Below are positions 29,276 to 41,660 of a stretch of 64,000 nt of DNA, piece after piece. The stretch comes from Octopus vulgaris (taxonomy: Eukaryota). Positions within the stretch are counted from its first letter, which is position 1, and each line of letters begins with the position of its first letter. The notes beneath the pieces were generated by a model. The model saw only the letters and a list, made by a program, of their open reading frames with translations, ran no database searches and was not told the origin of the DNA. A program made the translations under genes and the position numbers. The stretch covers positions 26,102,001 to 26,166,000 of the forward strand of contig OX597828.1 of NCBI GenBank assembly GCA_951406725.2, read 5' to 3'.

Positions 29276-29508
29276 AGAATACCGACTGTCTTAGATTGAA
29301 CGGATATTTTAAAATCGTACCTACCTATGTATATTATGTTTGTATGCATATATATATATATATATATCTTCACGTGACCGACCAGACCATCAGCTGCTGT
29401 TGCACATCGCTGGTCACAATGCGTTCGCATTGTTTTAGCCTTCGAATGACGCCACCCAGCTGGCTAAGCGAGCGGGCCAACAGAAGAAAGAGTGGGAGAA
29501 ATATATAT

Positions 29509-29567
29509 ATTTGGCGGGCAGGACAGATGAAAATTTATATAAAAACAGAATTAAATGCAAACCTCGG

Positions 29568-29657
<90 letters not shown>

Positions 29658-29658
29658 A

Positions 29659-29705
<47 letters not shown>

Positions 29706-29718
29706 GTATATATATATG

Positions 29719-29777
<59 letters not shown>

Positions 29778-29806
29778 GTATATATATATATGTATATATA
29801 TATATG

Positions 29807-29887
<81 letters not shown>

Positions 29888-29947
29888 CCGAGGTTTGCAT
29901 TTAATTCTGTTTTTTATATCAATTTTCATCTGTCCTGCCCGCCAAAT
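29509..29947. repeat. About 63-bp inverted arms enclosing ~310 bp of (TA)n
   Basis: 29509-29571 is the near-perfect reverse complement of 29884-29947. Confidence 0.9.
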
Positions 29948-30194
29948 TTGGTTCTGATGTTCGCTGAATTTTTCCTCTAGAGAATTTCCTTTGTAGTTTG
30001 ATCGTTGATGATCTATTTCTAGAATACGGCCGACTACCTAGCAGTCTTGCCCTGCCAATATACACATATATTTGAATTTTCTCTAACTTCTCAGATTTTT
30101 TGTATGCTAGACTACTGGTTTTAAATTGATATTAAAATTAATATTAATTTATCTCCCTCATTATTTAAATATATGTATATATATATATATATGA

Positions 30195-30241
<47 letters not shown>

Positions 30242-30294
30242 TGTGTGTCTGTGTGCACATACGTACACACATATATATATATATATATATACAA

Positions 30295-30736
30295 ACTAGC
30301 TGAAATTACCCAGTAATACCCGGAAAAAGCAAGGGTTATTTGTAGTTCCCATTTCCCTTATTACACTGTCTCATATCCTATCCTGCTCCCCGTTCAGTTC
30401 CCGTTTAATTTCTGCTTCCATTCCTATCCTCAATCCAATGTCAATATAAAGATTTTAGTATGAGTTAGATGTAATTAAGCGACAAAAATAGAGAGACAGA
30501 CAGTTATAGGACGTCTCACGCACACACAAATTTACATACGTACGTACAGGTAATCACTAGTTTAAAATGGTGTATATTAGTTATGTGTATGTATGTACGT
30601 ATGTATGTATATATATGTTTGTATGTGAGTGTCTGTGTGTGAATGTTTCTTTGCGATGGACAGCAGAAAAGCCACTTACTCCCTCACTTCTTGAAGCTAC
30701 GTATTCCTCACACCCACCTTTCTGTGTGTGTATGTG

Positions 30737-30796
<60 letters not shown>

Positions 30797-31115
30797 GTAT
30801 CTATGTATTTACGAAGTGTATATGCAGCGTCGCTTGTATATGACAGCTATAGTAACGTTAACATCCCATTATTACCGCTGGTCACTGATAGAAATCACCC
30901 TCTCTTTCAGACTTATAATTTTACAGCCTTCTCACTTTATCCTGTAATTCACCCAACGTCCCTGGAGTCCACATTATAGATTTTTATTGAAATCAAATTA
31001 GCCTATTATTGAACTGGATGTTAGTGTCAAGTGTATGCAAAGTTTCGTGGATATCTGTTCGGTGATTTAGGCGCTAAGTTGGTAACAGACAGCCAGAAAT
31101 TGTCATTTGTATATA
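30295..31115 (+). mobile_element. Possible non-autonomous Helentron/DINE-like element
   Basis: Starts ACTAGC...ACCCAG...CCCGG and has internal microsatellites. Ends GCAAAGTTTCGTGGATATCTGTTC...ACAGACAG...TATATA. Resemblance only. Confidence 0.35.
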
Positions 31116-31444
31116 AAATATATGCGTGTGTTTGTCAAAATTACTTGATAGAATTACAGTTATTAGAAAAAAAACACCTATGTTGAAAATTCTAAATCCG
31201 AAACTAACCCCATTGCAAAAGAAAAGAGATGTCCTCTTCATGCATTAGCCCGGAACATGTATGTTTGCAAAGTTGAACAAAGCGTTTACACACAAAATAC
31301 TGTATAAAAACTTCTTTACAAATGTTAGAGAATGTTTGGTAAATAAAGGAAATTTGAATAACTAGTTAATAACTTTTAAAAATACCTTTTCCTAATTATA
31401 TAAATCTTCATATATATATAATACATACATGTGTGAGAGAGGGG

Positions 31445-31526
<82 letters not shown>

Positions 31527-31536
31527 CAGACATATT

Positions 31537-31567
<31 letters not shown>

Positions 31568-31569
31568 GT

Positions 31570-31916
31570 GGAAAAATCAAGGTAGAGAATGCTAAAATAA
31601 TTTTATAAAAAACATTTCAGTACCGGTTTCATTCATTGAGACTTTTTCAACTGTAAGTATGAAAAACAATTAAATTTTGGAAAAATTAAAACAAAAGTTT
31701 TTAAAAAAGAATATTTGCATAGTATTCAAACACAAGGGCCATTTTCCTTGTTTCTGCCTGTCTCTGTCTCTCTTGTTTACTCTTGTAGGTTCGAGATCGT
31801 CAACAACGACCTCGAAGCCACAAGAGTAAACAAGAGAAAAAGTTTCAATGAGTGAAACCGGTACTGAACTGTTTTTTATAAAATTGTTTTAGTATTTTCT
31901 ACCTTGACTTTTTTCC
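31570..31916. mobile_element. Inverted pair of Penelope-type 3' segments with an internal hairpin
   Basis: Arms 31570-31648 and ~31836-31916. Inner hairpin 31769-31837 has 18-bp arms TCTCTTGTTTACTCTTGT / ACAAGAGTAAACAAGAGA. Confidence 0.7.
31618..31653 (-). ncRNA. Hammerhead-like motif with U3-A8 core variant
   Basis: CAG TTGAAAA AGTCTCAATGAAT GAAA CCGG TA CTG. Stem II is decayed. Confidence 0.45.
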
Positions 31917-31952
31917 ATATATATCAACTCGTGTGTTCCTTTTCAACCTTCT

Positions 31953-32035
<83 letters not shown>

Positions 32036-32562
32036 CAGCATCAGATATGTGTGTATCAGATATGTTAGTGTGTATGTATGCATGTATGTATGAAGACTTG
32101 AGTGTTTGTGTGTATATTGCTGGGTCATTCTTTTCTCGGCGCTGGAAATAATAAACAAGAAGTCGAATTTGAACTGACAAACATGAATAACTGATTAGCA
32201 CTGAAATGAACTGTGACTGGACTGAACCGGACTAAACTGGCATTGTCTGGAGTAAACTCGACCACCGTCTAAACTAGTCAGTTCTGGAATGGTTTTTATT
32301 AACATCTAAGATGGATGCTAAAATGACGAACCATTTAGAGTAATTTAGTTTTTATATCTAAGATGGCTGCTAAGGTGTCGAAACATTTACACTAATTCAG
32401 TTTCTATCTAAAATCTTGACCAAAATCGTTGTTGTTGACCACTGAAAGAACTAAGTAACCCAATTCTTATTTGATTCATTTAATTCCAGTATTTTGAGCT
32501 ATACATTTACAGAGAGGGATGGGTAAGGGAGAGAGAAAGAGAGAAAGAAATGGAGATATAGA

Positions 32563-32598
<36 letters not shown>

Positions 32599-32733
32599 AA
32601 AGAAATGTAATGAGAGAGAAATAAAAAGAGAATGATATATATATATATAATGTGTGTATTGTGTGTGTGTGTGTGTCAGTGTCTGTGTCTTCTGTGTTTG
32701 TGTGTGTCTGTATATATAGATATGAATGTGTGT

Positions 32734-32968
<235 letters not shown>

Positions 32969-33050
32969 GGCGTTTTTCTGTAGCGGTCGGCGACGATAAT
33001 AGTTATACAGAACTATCAATTGTTTCCGCTATTTCCATATTAAATTGCTG

Positions 33051-33084
<34 letters not shown>

Positions 33085-34887
33085 ATGTATTTTGTGTGAA
33101 TGTATGTTAGAGAGAGGGTGTCGTGGAGAGAGAGAGAGAGAGAAAGAGAGGTGGATGTATAAAAGAGATTAGTTAAATGTATGTGTTTAACGCCTTGTAA
33201 ATGGCGGCTGTTTTTCTATAGACCTAATAACGTAAACAATGAGTTAGGATTTTAGCTTGTACTAAACCGATCGGTTGAGCCATTTTATGGAATTGAAAAG
33301 AACATCTCGCCACTGTTGCACGTGTCCGAGAAATGCCTCAACAACAATGCGTTAAATTGTCGTGCACCGGTCACCCACCCCTTCAGTATGTGCGGCGTAA
33401 CAACAGATTCACACATTCACACAAACCAACTGATTCATGCAAGCACAAACAATTGGAAACTGTGGTGGTGGTGGTGGTGGTGGTGGTGGCGGCGGTAGGG
33501 CTTTTGTGGTGGTGGTGGTGGTGGTGGTGGTAGGGCTTTTGTGGTGGTGGCGAGGGAAAAGAAGAAGAGTGGGAGGATATCTGAGAGCAAGTTGCGTGCG
33601 TGGTGTAGCACGGTGCAATGTGGCTTGGTGCGGTGCGGTGTGGAATGGCGTGGAAGGAGAGGCTACAACTAACGACGATTTACATACCGTGCGTAATAAA
33701 ATTCTCAAACAGTGGCGTTAATTCATAGGCAAGACAAACAGTGGAAAGACAAACAGACGGAAAAGCACTTTCAGTAACACATGAATCCATGACGCATGCG
33801 CCGAATATGAATGAATCGCTTCATTCAGCGTACATTTTGAAAGCAAGAATATAATTCTGGAAGATTCTATCCGGTGAAGAACGGACAATATATAGAGAGA
33901 AGAAGAAAAATTGGGGGGGTGTTCTTTATATACATATAGGGCTAGTTTGGGACTGAAAGACCTTGAACAAAGTTAATAAGCGTTGGTGGGTCAGTAATGA
34001 AATAAAAGAAACGCGCTAATTTGAAAAATTTTCTCTCTTATTTCGCGCAGTAATAAAACGAATCAATTTAAAGAAATCAAATTGTCAAAAATCGATTATA
34101 TATTTAAACGGATGCTATATAAATTGGTTTGATGTAATAACATCCTTTTCTTCTTTTTAACACAAACGGCGTTGCTATCTCTCGGATTGTATAAACACTT
34201 GCACACAAAACCGTCCGGGAATGCACAAACATGTAAACGAACACGCAGATGCACATTCGTAAATGTCCGCATGTGTGGCGGGCGGGCGGGCAGGGTGTGT
34301 TCCGTGTGTGTAATCGTCAACATTTCCTTGTCGAAAGTATTTTCCAAGTTTTCTCTAAACACTGATGCCTTTTATTAGTAAGATTGTGTGTGTGTGTGTG
34401 TGTGTGTGTTGTGTGTGTGTGTGAGCGTGATTCGAAAAGGGAGCAAACAAGTGAATTCGAGAAACTTCAGAAATATTTTAATGTTCCTCTCGCCATTTCC
34501 TATCACACTCTAAAAGCCGTGTAGGCGTTGCGTTTAGTCGATATTTTCTCACGCTTCTGACAGTGAAAGCCACAAAATCTGTCCAAAGAATACCAAACTC
34601 ACTCATCCCTCCTTCTCACCGTCCATTCCACTTCCAAGTGTGGTATATCAAATACTGTGGTAACACCTGTACCCGAATGATTTCACAAAATTGTCAGAGG
34701 TAAGAATACCTGTCTGTGCCGTACTCACGTCGCCAATTTACGAGGCGCTATCAAAAAGTTCCCAGACTCGTTATGCTTAATAAAAGATACCTTACCTAAG
34801 TTTTACCAGTCAAGTACTAGCATCGATATGGTCTACTATGCTCCCTCCCACTAAAATTACTGGTTTTGTACCATAATTTGAAGTCAA

Positions 34888-35108
34888 AGGTGGTGAGCTG
34901 ACACGCATCGTTTTGCACGATGAATAATAAATGCTTAGCGGCAATTTTCTAGTTCTTTTACGTTCTGAGTTCAAATAACACCGAGGTCAACTTTGCTTTC
35001 CGTTATTTTGGGGCCGATAAAATAAAGTACCATTTACTTGCTGCAGTTGATGTAATTCTCCGTCCTTTCTCTCTCTCTAAAATTGCCTTCCTGTGCCTAA
35101 ATTCGAAA
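34888..35108 (+). mobile_element. SINE family C, diverged
   Basis: GGTGGTGAGCTG head, TTCTGAGTTCAAAT and a degenerate core. Other diverged copies lie at ~2500-2640, 22350-22500, 27360-27525 and 62495-62635 (all - strand). Confidence 0.65.
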
Positions 35109-35260
35109 CCGTTACTTTATTTCTTCATTACCAATCATGTTTACCGTTTTTGTTAGTGTAGAAGACGCACTGTTTTTTGTCTTTTAGCTTCCTTGATGTA
35201 GCAATAGATTTCCATTCGTCTACCGCGATTGTATTACGTATGAGATACTAACTGTATGGT

Positions 35261-35645
35261 GGAGGCGCAATGGCCCAGTGGTTAGGGCAGCGAACTCGCG
35301 GTCGCAGGATCGCGGTTTCGATTCCCAGACCGGGCATTGTGAGTGTTTATTGAGCGAAAACACCTAAAAGCTCCACGAGCCTCCGGCAGGGGATGGTGGT
35401 GAACCCTGCTGTACTCTTTCACCACAACTTTCTCTCACTTTTACTTCCTGTTTCTGTTGTACCTGTATTTCAAAGGGCCGGCCTTGTCACTCTCTGTGTT
35501 ACGCTGAATATCCCCGAGAACTACGTTAAGGGTACACGTGTCTGTGGAGTGCTCAGCCACTTACACGTTAATTTCACGAGCAGGCTGTTCCGTTGATTCG
35601 GATCAACCGGAACCCTCGTCGTCGTAACCGACGGAGTGCTTCCAT
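35261..35645 (+). mobile_element. SINE family B1, full length
   Basis: Matches 15127-15511 end to end. Confidence 0.92.
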
Positions 35646-36344
35646 CCATATAAACAAAAACTATTGTAATATCATTATTTCAGAGTGACGTCACTCAGTT
35701 CTCCCTCTTTGTGTTGTTTTCCTGTGATGTACCAAATCATAATTGTAAAGTTACGAATGTCCATCAATGGATACACTATACAATTAAGACAGCGGTGGCA
35801 TGAATTACGAATTTTATACATATGCACTCGCATACAAATAAATTGAACAAACACACACACACACACGCACACGCACACACATACACACACACACACACAT
35901 ATTCGCTCGCAAAAGAATTGTCGTGTCGTGCAATGAATAACTGGACAATAGCATTGTATGTAAATATTAAAATATTGTCCCCTGCTTAACTGAAAATAAA
36001 TTCCTGTAAATAAGCCTCTAAATATTTGCTCTGTGACTTTTTACATCCTAATAGCAGATTCCTCTGACTTTTCTCTATGGACAATACAATCTTACGTCGC
36101 CATAATGTTCACTATAGCGAAGAATTATTGTAATTTTGTTTTTATGTCTGCAAGTTACGTCCGCTGCAGAATCTCGCCATTTTGCTTTTTGCATTTCATT
36201 AATATTTTTATTGACAAATTGGCGATTCAAATAATTTCTTTTCTCTAATCTCCGCCACCATTATTATTTGTCTTACATATTTCGTATATTATTGATACAA
36301 CGTCATTATTTCTACATTCCGATAATCCTCTCCGTTTCTCCTTC

Positions 36345-36607
36345 TTCGATCTCTCTCTTTCTCTGTCTCTCTCTTTCTCTGTCTCTCTCTCTTTCTCTCT
36401 TTCTCTCTCTCTCTCTCCTTTTCTATCCCTACCGTTTCCTCTCGCTTTCTACCTCTCCCTCTCTGTGTCTATCCTCATTCTCTCTCTCCCCTTCTCTCAC
36501 CCCCCTCACTCTTTCCTTATTTCTTTCTCTCATTCACCACCTCTCACTCTTTCTCTCCGTCCCACTCCCTCATTCGTTCTCCCTCTTTTTCCATCTCTCT
36601 CTTTCTC

Positions 36608-36643
<36 letters not shown>

Positions 36644-36890
36644 CTCTTCTATCCCTACCGTTTCCTCTCGCTTTCTACCTCTCCCTCTCTACGTCTATCC
36701 TCATTCTCTCTCTCCCCTTATCTCACCCCTCACTCTTTCCTTATTTCTCTCTCTCATTCACCATCTCTCACTCTCTCTCTCCGTCCCACTCCCTCCTTCG
36801 TTCTCCCTCTTTTTCCATTTCTTTCTTTCTCTGTCTTCCTCTCTTTCTGTCTTTTCCTTTTAAGCTTTCTCTTTCTTTTCCTTCAACTTT
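36345..36890. repeat. CT-rich tract containing a ~225-bp-period tandem duplication
   Basis: CTATCCCTACCGTTTCCTCTCGCTTTCT...CTCCGTCCCACTCCCTC.TTCGTTCTCCCTCTTTTTCCAT occurs at ~36423-36594 and ~36649-36818. Confidence 0.85.
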
Positions 36891-37142
36891 CTATCGCTCT
36901 TGCTTCCGCTCTCGTTTACATTTTTCCTTTCCTTTATTCTGTATTTTTTAAATTTTACATCTTCTCTTTCGTCTTCCCCCATCTAAATACACACCTGATC
37001 AAAACTGATATTTACGCATCACTAATGTATGCCTTTTAAACATCTTTTTTTTTTTCCAATTCACTAGCTAAAAACTCGGAGTAACGACTTGTGTTCAGTT
37101 CCAACTTTCAAAGTAACTATCACACACACACACACAACACAT

Positions 37143-37556
37143 ACTCTTTACTCTTTTACTCTTTTACTTGTTTCAGTCATTTGACTGCGGCCATGCTGGA
37201 GCACCGCCTTTAGTCGAGCAACTCGACCCCGGGACTTATTCTTTTTGTAAGCCCAGTACTTATTCTATCGGTCTCTTTTTGCCGAACCGCTAAGTGACGG
37301 CGACGTAAACACACCAGCATCGGTTGTCAAGCAATGCTAGGGGAACAAACACAGACACACAAACACACACACATACATATATATATATACATATATACGA
37401 CAGGCTTCTTTCAGTTTCCGTCTATCAAATCCACTCACAAGGCATTGGTCGGCCCGGGGCTATAGCAGAAGACACTTGCCCAAGATGCCACGCAGTGGGA
37501 CTGAACCCGGAACCATGTGGTTGGTTAGCAAGCTACTTACCACACAGCCACTCCTA
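37143..37556 (-). mobile_element. SINE family A, full length
   Basis: Reverse complement of 12331-12745. Confidence 0.92.
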
Positions 37557-38031
37557 TTTATATAATTTTTTAGGATCCGATAGAATCAGATATTTAGATA
37601 GTAAAAGCGCCAAGATAGAGTCGGGGAAAGCGTAGCAGTGCACTAACGGCTTGTGCTGGCATAGATGTACTTATTAAAGTAAATACGGATTTGTCGTGCC
37701 ATTTATGCAGACATTTACAGGTATCTGACCGAATACACGTCTATTCAAAGTCACACAGGGCAACACTCACGGCACGTATTCCACAGTCGACTATAGGCTC
37801 CAGATCCAAACGAGTGGAAAGTTCCGCGTTAGATAAAGAATAAACAATAACACAGTGGGTTGAGGTTCGTTACAACTGCTTCAGGCGTTTTTAATTGATG
37901 AACAAAAGCGTTACATGATGTAAAAAAGAAAAAAAAAAAACGTTTTCTTCAGGAAACTATAGAGTAAAACTTAACACTTAGAATTTAACACATTCACCGG
38001 TAAAATCTCCATTCATTTACTTATTTACTTT

Positions 38032-38068
38032 CTAAAAGTTTCGTTGCCTCTTGTAACCTTTTCAATAG
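38032..38068 (-). ncRNA. Hammerhead-like motif with U3-A8 core variant
   Basis: CTA TTGAAAA G GTTAC AAGAG GCAAC GAAA CT TT TAG. Confidence 0.45.
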
Positions 38069-38249
38069 TTGTTGACTCTATTCGTTATTCAAGCTGCGTT
38101 CATTTTGTTTGTTTGCGTGCATGTGTGTGGGTCAGTGTGTGTGCGCGACCCCTCTGTCCGGCATTCACTATGATAGATCACTAGCCACTAAACCTTTTCT
38201 ATTTTCTCATTCTATTTTCTATTTTCTCTCCCTGTTTATTTCTGTGTTC

Positions 38250-38285
38250 CATTCTGTCGAAAAGCGTAGGCTCGAAACGTAAAAG
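38250..38285 (+). ncRNA. Minimal hammerhead-like motif (A6U variant) within a ~200-bp Penelope-type repeat (~38190-38390)
   Basis: CATT CTGTCGA A AAGC GTAG GCTC GAAA CG TA AAAG. Same family as the motifs at 43694 and 44014. Confidence 0.5.
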
Positions 38286-38981
38286 ACTTTCTCACTTCCC
38301 GAGCGTTAAACTAATACATCTGTTTGTTGTTTATACACCGGTCTTCGTTTTTTTGTTTTGTTTTTTTTTGTTTTTCTTTTGTAAATTCTAGGACACTAAA
38401 AGAGAATGACTCTCCCCTGAAACTACAGAATATGCTTCAACACACGAAGTCACATAAAGAATCTTGCAAACAAAATCCAAAATCGAAATTAACAATTAGA
38501 ATTTCCCACTAAATAGAACATAGTATAAATGTGCCCTACCACTAAGTGTTGGGAGAGGGAATAGCGGAAGCTATTACAGAGTATATGTATTCCTGGTGAT
38601 ACATTGATGAACTCGTTGGAAGGACCAGAATAATGGAAGGGAGTGGGGGAGAAGAAACGGGAGGAATATAGAGAGAAAAGAAGGGGAAAAAGAAAAAGGG
38701 AAGGGTCTTTAGAATATGTCAAAGGATTTTTAAGACTAACAGCCGATATGACGATACAGAACTGCATCATTAAAAGATAATAGGATAAACCAGGGATTGC
38801 AAGTAATATTGACGTTATGTGTGATGGAGATGATTTAAAATCAGTTGGATGCAATTAACAAAAGAGCAATAAAAGAAGAGACAAGTTAGAAATACGCACA
38901 CACACACACACACTGATATACACGTGTGTGTGTGTGTGTGTGTTAACATGGAAATGGGTCTCGAGACCTACTCTAGGGGAT

Positions 38982-39399
38982 GGATCTTTTCGGTTTGAAC
39001 GGCAGTTTTTTCTAGCAGTGTCATATGAAATTGTCACCCATAATTATGACCCTAGTATCGATCTATTGCATTTCAATCTCTTTTAGGGTTAGGGTTAGTT
39101 AGGGTTAGTTAGGGTTAGGGGTGGGGGGAAGGGTATCTTTTTTTCTTCACCAATGTAAATAAACCCAATCTGTTTCTTAAACGAGGTATATATTCATACA
39201 GAACAGAATGTTTTTTTACCTCAATGGACGTAATTGCAGAAATTAGAGAAAAACAACAACAAATATCTTACAAACTATTGCATTTTCTCAATAAAGCCAA
39301 GAGAAAAAGATGTTTTATAAACACATTCTACCAGTATACGAAGTTTAAAATATTTTAGTTACCCAGAAATTATGTTAAAAACTGCCGTTCAAAAGATCC
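38982..39399. mobile_element. MITE-like element with TIRs and internal telomeric repeats
   Basis: Ends GGATCTTT(TCGG)TTTGAACGGCAGTTTT and AAAACTGCCGTTCAAAAGATCC. TTAGGG/TTAG array at 39083-39120. Confidence 0.7.
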
Positions 39400-39484
39400 T
39401 ATTGCATTTCTAGTAGAAATTATGTAACTCTGCGAAACTCCTGAGTTTCTACCTACTGCGTCAACACTTTCAACATTATTACTA

Positions 39485-39690
39485 TTACTGATCGTTATTG
39501 AGCTTGATCGTTTCTTCGTGGTGTGTATCACGATCACCACTTATATTCTTTACACGATGTTTTAGGCACTGAGCAATCCTTCTCTCTACACTGTATGGAT
39601 GGTGGGAATTGAAGTTGAGGTATCGTCCAGTGAAGGTCGGCTTGCGGTATGCGGATGTCCTGAATCCGTACTTGGATTCCCAGCAGCCAA
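39485..39690 (-). pseudogene. Penelope-like element reverse transcriptase, C-terminal (thumb) fragment
   Basis: GFRTSAYRKPTFTGRYLNFNSHHPYSVERRIAQCLKHRVKNIS carries the PLE-typical YRKPT-x-T-x-x-YL-x-F-x-SHHP motif. Confidence 0.82.
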
Positions 39691-39714
39691 GCTCTTGACC
39701 CAGGACAGCACTGC

Positions 39715-40107
39715 CTTCTCCAGGCACTTGATGTAGGCCTACGTGTTGAGTTTGAGGCCGTGTAGGAAGATGAATGAAAACATAACGTCACCATCACTAG
39801 TGATCATTCCAAAAACCATGATGTTGACTGGATGTTTGATTTTTTATCCCTCTCGGTACATGCACTGTCCTCAGATTGACATCCCAAAACTCTGAAATGT
39901 TCGTATCGGAGCTTCCGGCGCGAATGCTAAGCAATGCAAGAAAGTCGTTTCCAAATTTCTGGCAGAGTGAATTGCGTCATGGTATTGTTTTTTTCACAGA
40001 TGGTGCCCAACTGACCCTACTGTACTGTGTAGTCGACAAAATAAAACACAAACAACGCGCGAAATTAAAAATATTAAAATGGTGACACTTTACCCATCCC
40101 ACCCTGT
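39715..40107 (-). mobile_element. Tc1/mariner superfamily (maT/DD37D-like) relic, 5' part with internal deletion
   Basis: Minus strand starts TA-CAGGGTG. It has an HTH-like IRAGSSDTNISEFWDVNLRTV, then KHPVNIMVFGMITSDGDVMFSFIFLHGLKLNT*AYIKCLE. Confidence 0.7.
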
Positions 40108-40110
40108 ATA

Positions 40111-40237
<127 letters not shown>

Positions 40238-40238
40238 C

Positions 40239-40294
<56 letters not shown>

Positions 40295-40301
40295 TTACGT
40301 A

Positions 40302-40332
<31 letters not shown>

Positions 40333-40713
40333 CTGTGCACATGTGTATGTGTATATATATATATTGAAGACACTTACCCAAGGTGCCACACAGTGGGACT
40401 GAACCCAGAACCACGTAGTTGGGAAGCAAACTGCTTATACGCCTGGCAAAATCGAGTTACACAAAAAGAAAAACTTCACTTTCTTCCTCCTACACGAACG
40501 CTCACGCTTCAGCCATCAACCGCTTACACATCAGCATACAATACACAAATACACAAATACACACCGCAACACACATACATGCACGCCACATGCACACATA
40601 AGCACACACAGACACGAGCACACGCAAATACACATACAAACAGAGACACGAGCACACACACAGATACATGCAAACGCGCAAATGTGCCTACGGAAACACA
40701 AACACACGCACAC

Positions 40714-41075
40714 ACACAAACACATAAATACGCATAAAAATACACACACACATTAATGCCCCCAATGTACGCACATTGACACACACTTGAACATGCCAAC
40801 GCGCACACACACACGCGCAAACTCACACACACACGCACACACAAACACATAAATACGCATAAAACACACACACACACATTAATGCACCCAATGTACGCAC
40901 ATTGACACACACTTGAACATGCCAACGCGCACACACACACGCGCAAACTCACACACACACAAACACATAAATACGCATAAAAATACACACACACATTAAT
41001 GCCCCAATGAACGCACATCAACACACACTTTAACATGCCAACGCGCACACACACACACACGCGCGCAAACTCATA
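40714..41075. repeat. About 120-bp tandem repeat x3 built from CA-rich sequence
   Basis: The unit CACATAAATACGCATAAAA...CATTAATGC.CCCAATG.ACGCACAT..ACACACACTT.AACATGCCAACGCGCAC...CGCGCAAACTC recurs three times. Confidence 0.9.
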
Positions 41076-41660
41076 CACGCACACACATACACAAACACAC
41101 CAACATCAAAACACAACGAGCACATATCAACACAAACTCATATATATATCAACACACACACACACAGCGATCAGCACATCAACGCACACAATCACACTAA
41201 CACACATATTTAGACAGCGGCGCTGTTGTGTTGTGTTTATGAACGTCTTTCACATCCAACAATGGGTCGTTAAGAGAAAGTCCAACGTTTAAGAAAGACA
41301 ATATTGTTAAGAAAGCGTTCTCTATTATTTAACTCGGTTGCATTGGACAAGAGCTTCAAATTGAACGCAGCAAAACTTTACGTTTTGCCCACCTCCGAGT
41401 TTCTCCCTGTTTGGAAGAGGAAAACAGCATGAGATATTGACACAACTAACAAAATATATTGCAGAAGACTACCGAACGAAAAATTGACAGAAAAATAGTC
41501 ACTATTGTTGTTGGTGTTGTTGTTATTCTTGTTATTGTTATTGAAAGAAACGCCGTTATTGGTACTATTCTTGTCGTTGTTGTTCTTTTCCCCTTTCTTG
41601 TGGTAAATATTGTTGCTATATTTGTTGTTATTATTATTATTATCGTTGAAGTTATTATTT

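Noticed and set aside
33600-34700. CpG-richer unique region with GC-box-like and GCATGCG motifs as a promoter
   Set aside because: The motifs are short and there is no identifiable downstream gene.
34739-34770. TACGAGG...TCAAAAAGTTCCCAGACT mariner-like TIR
   Set aside because: No partner TIR or transposase sequence was found nearby.
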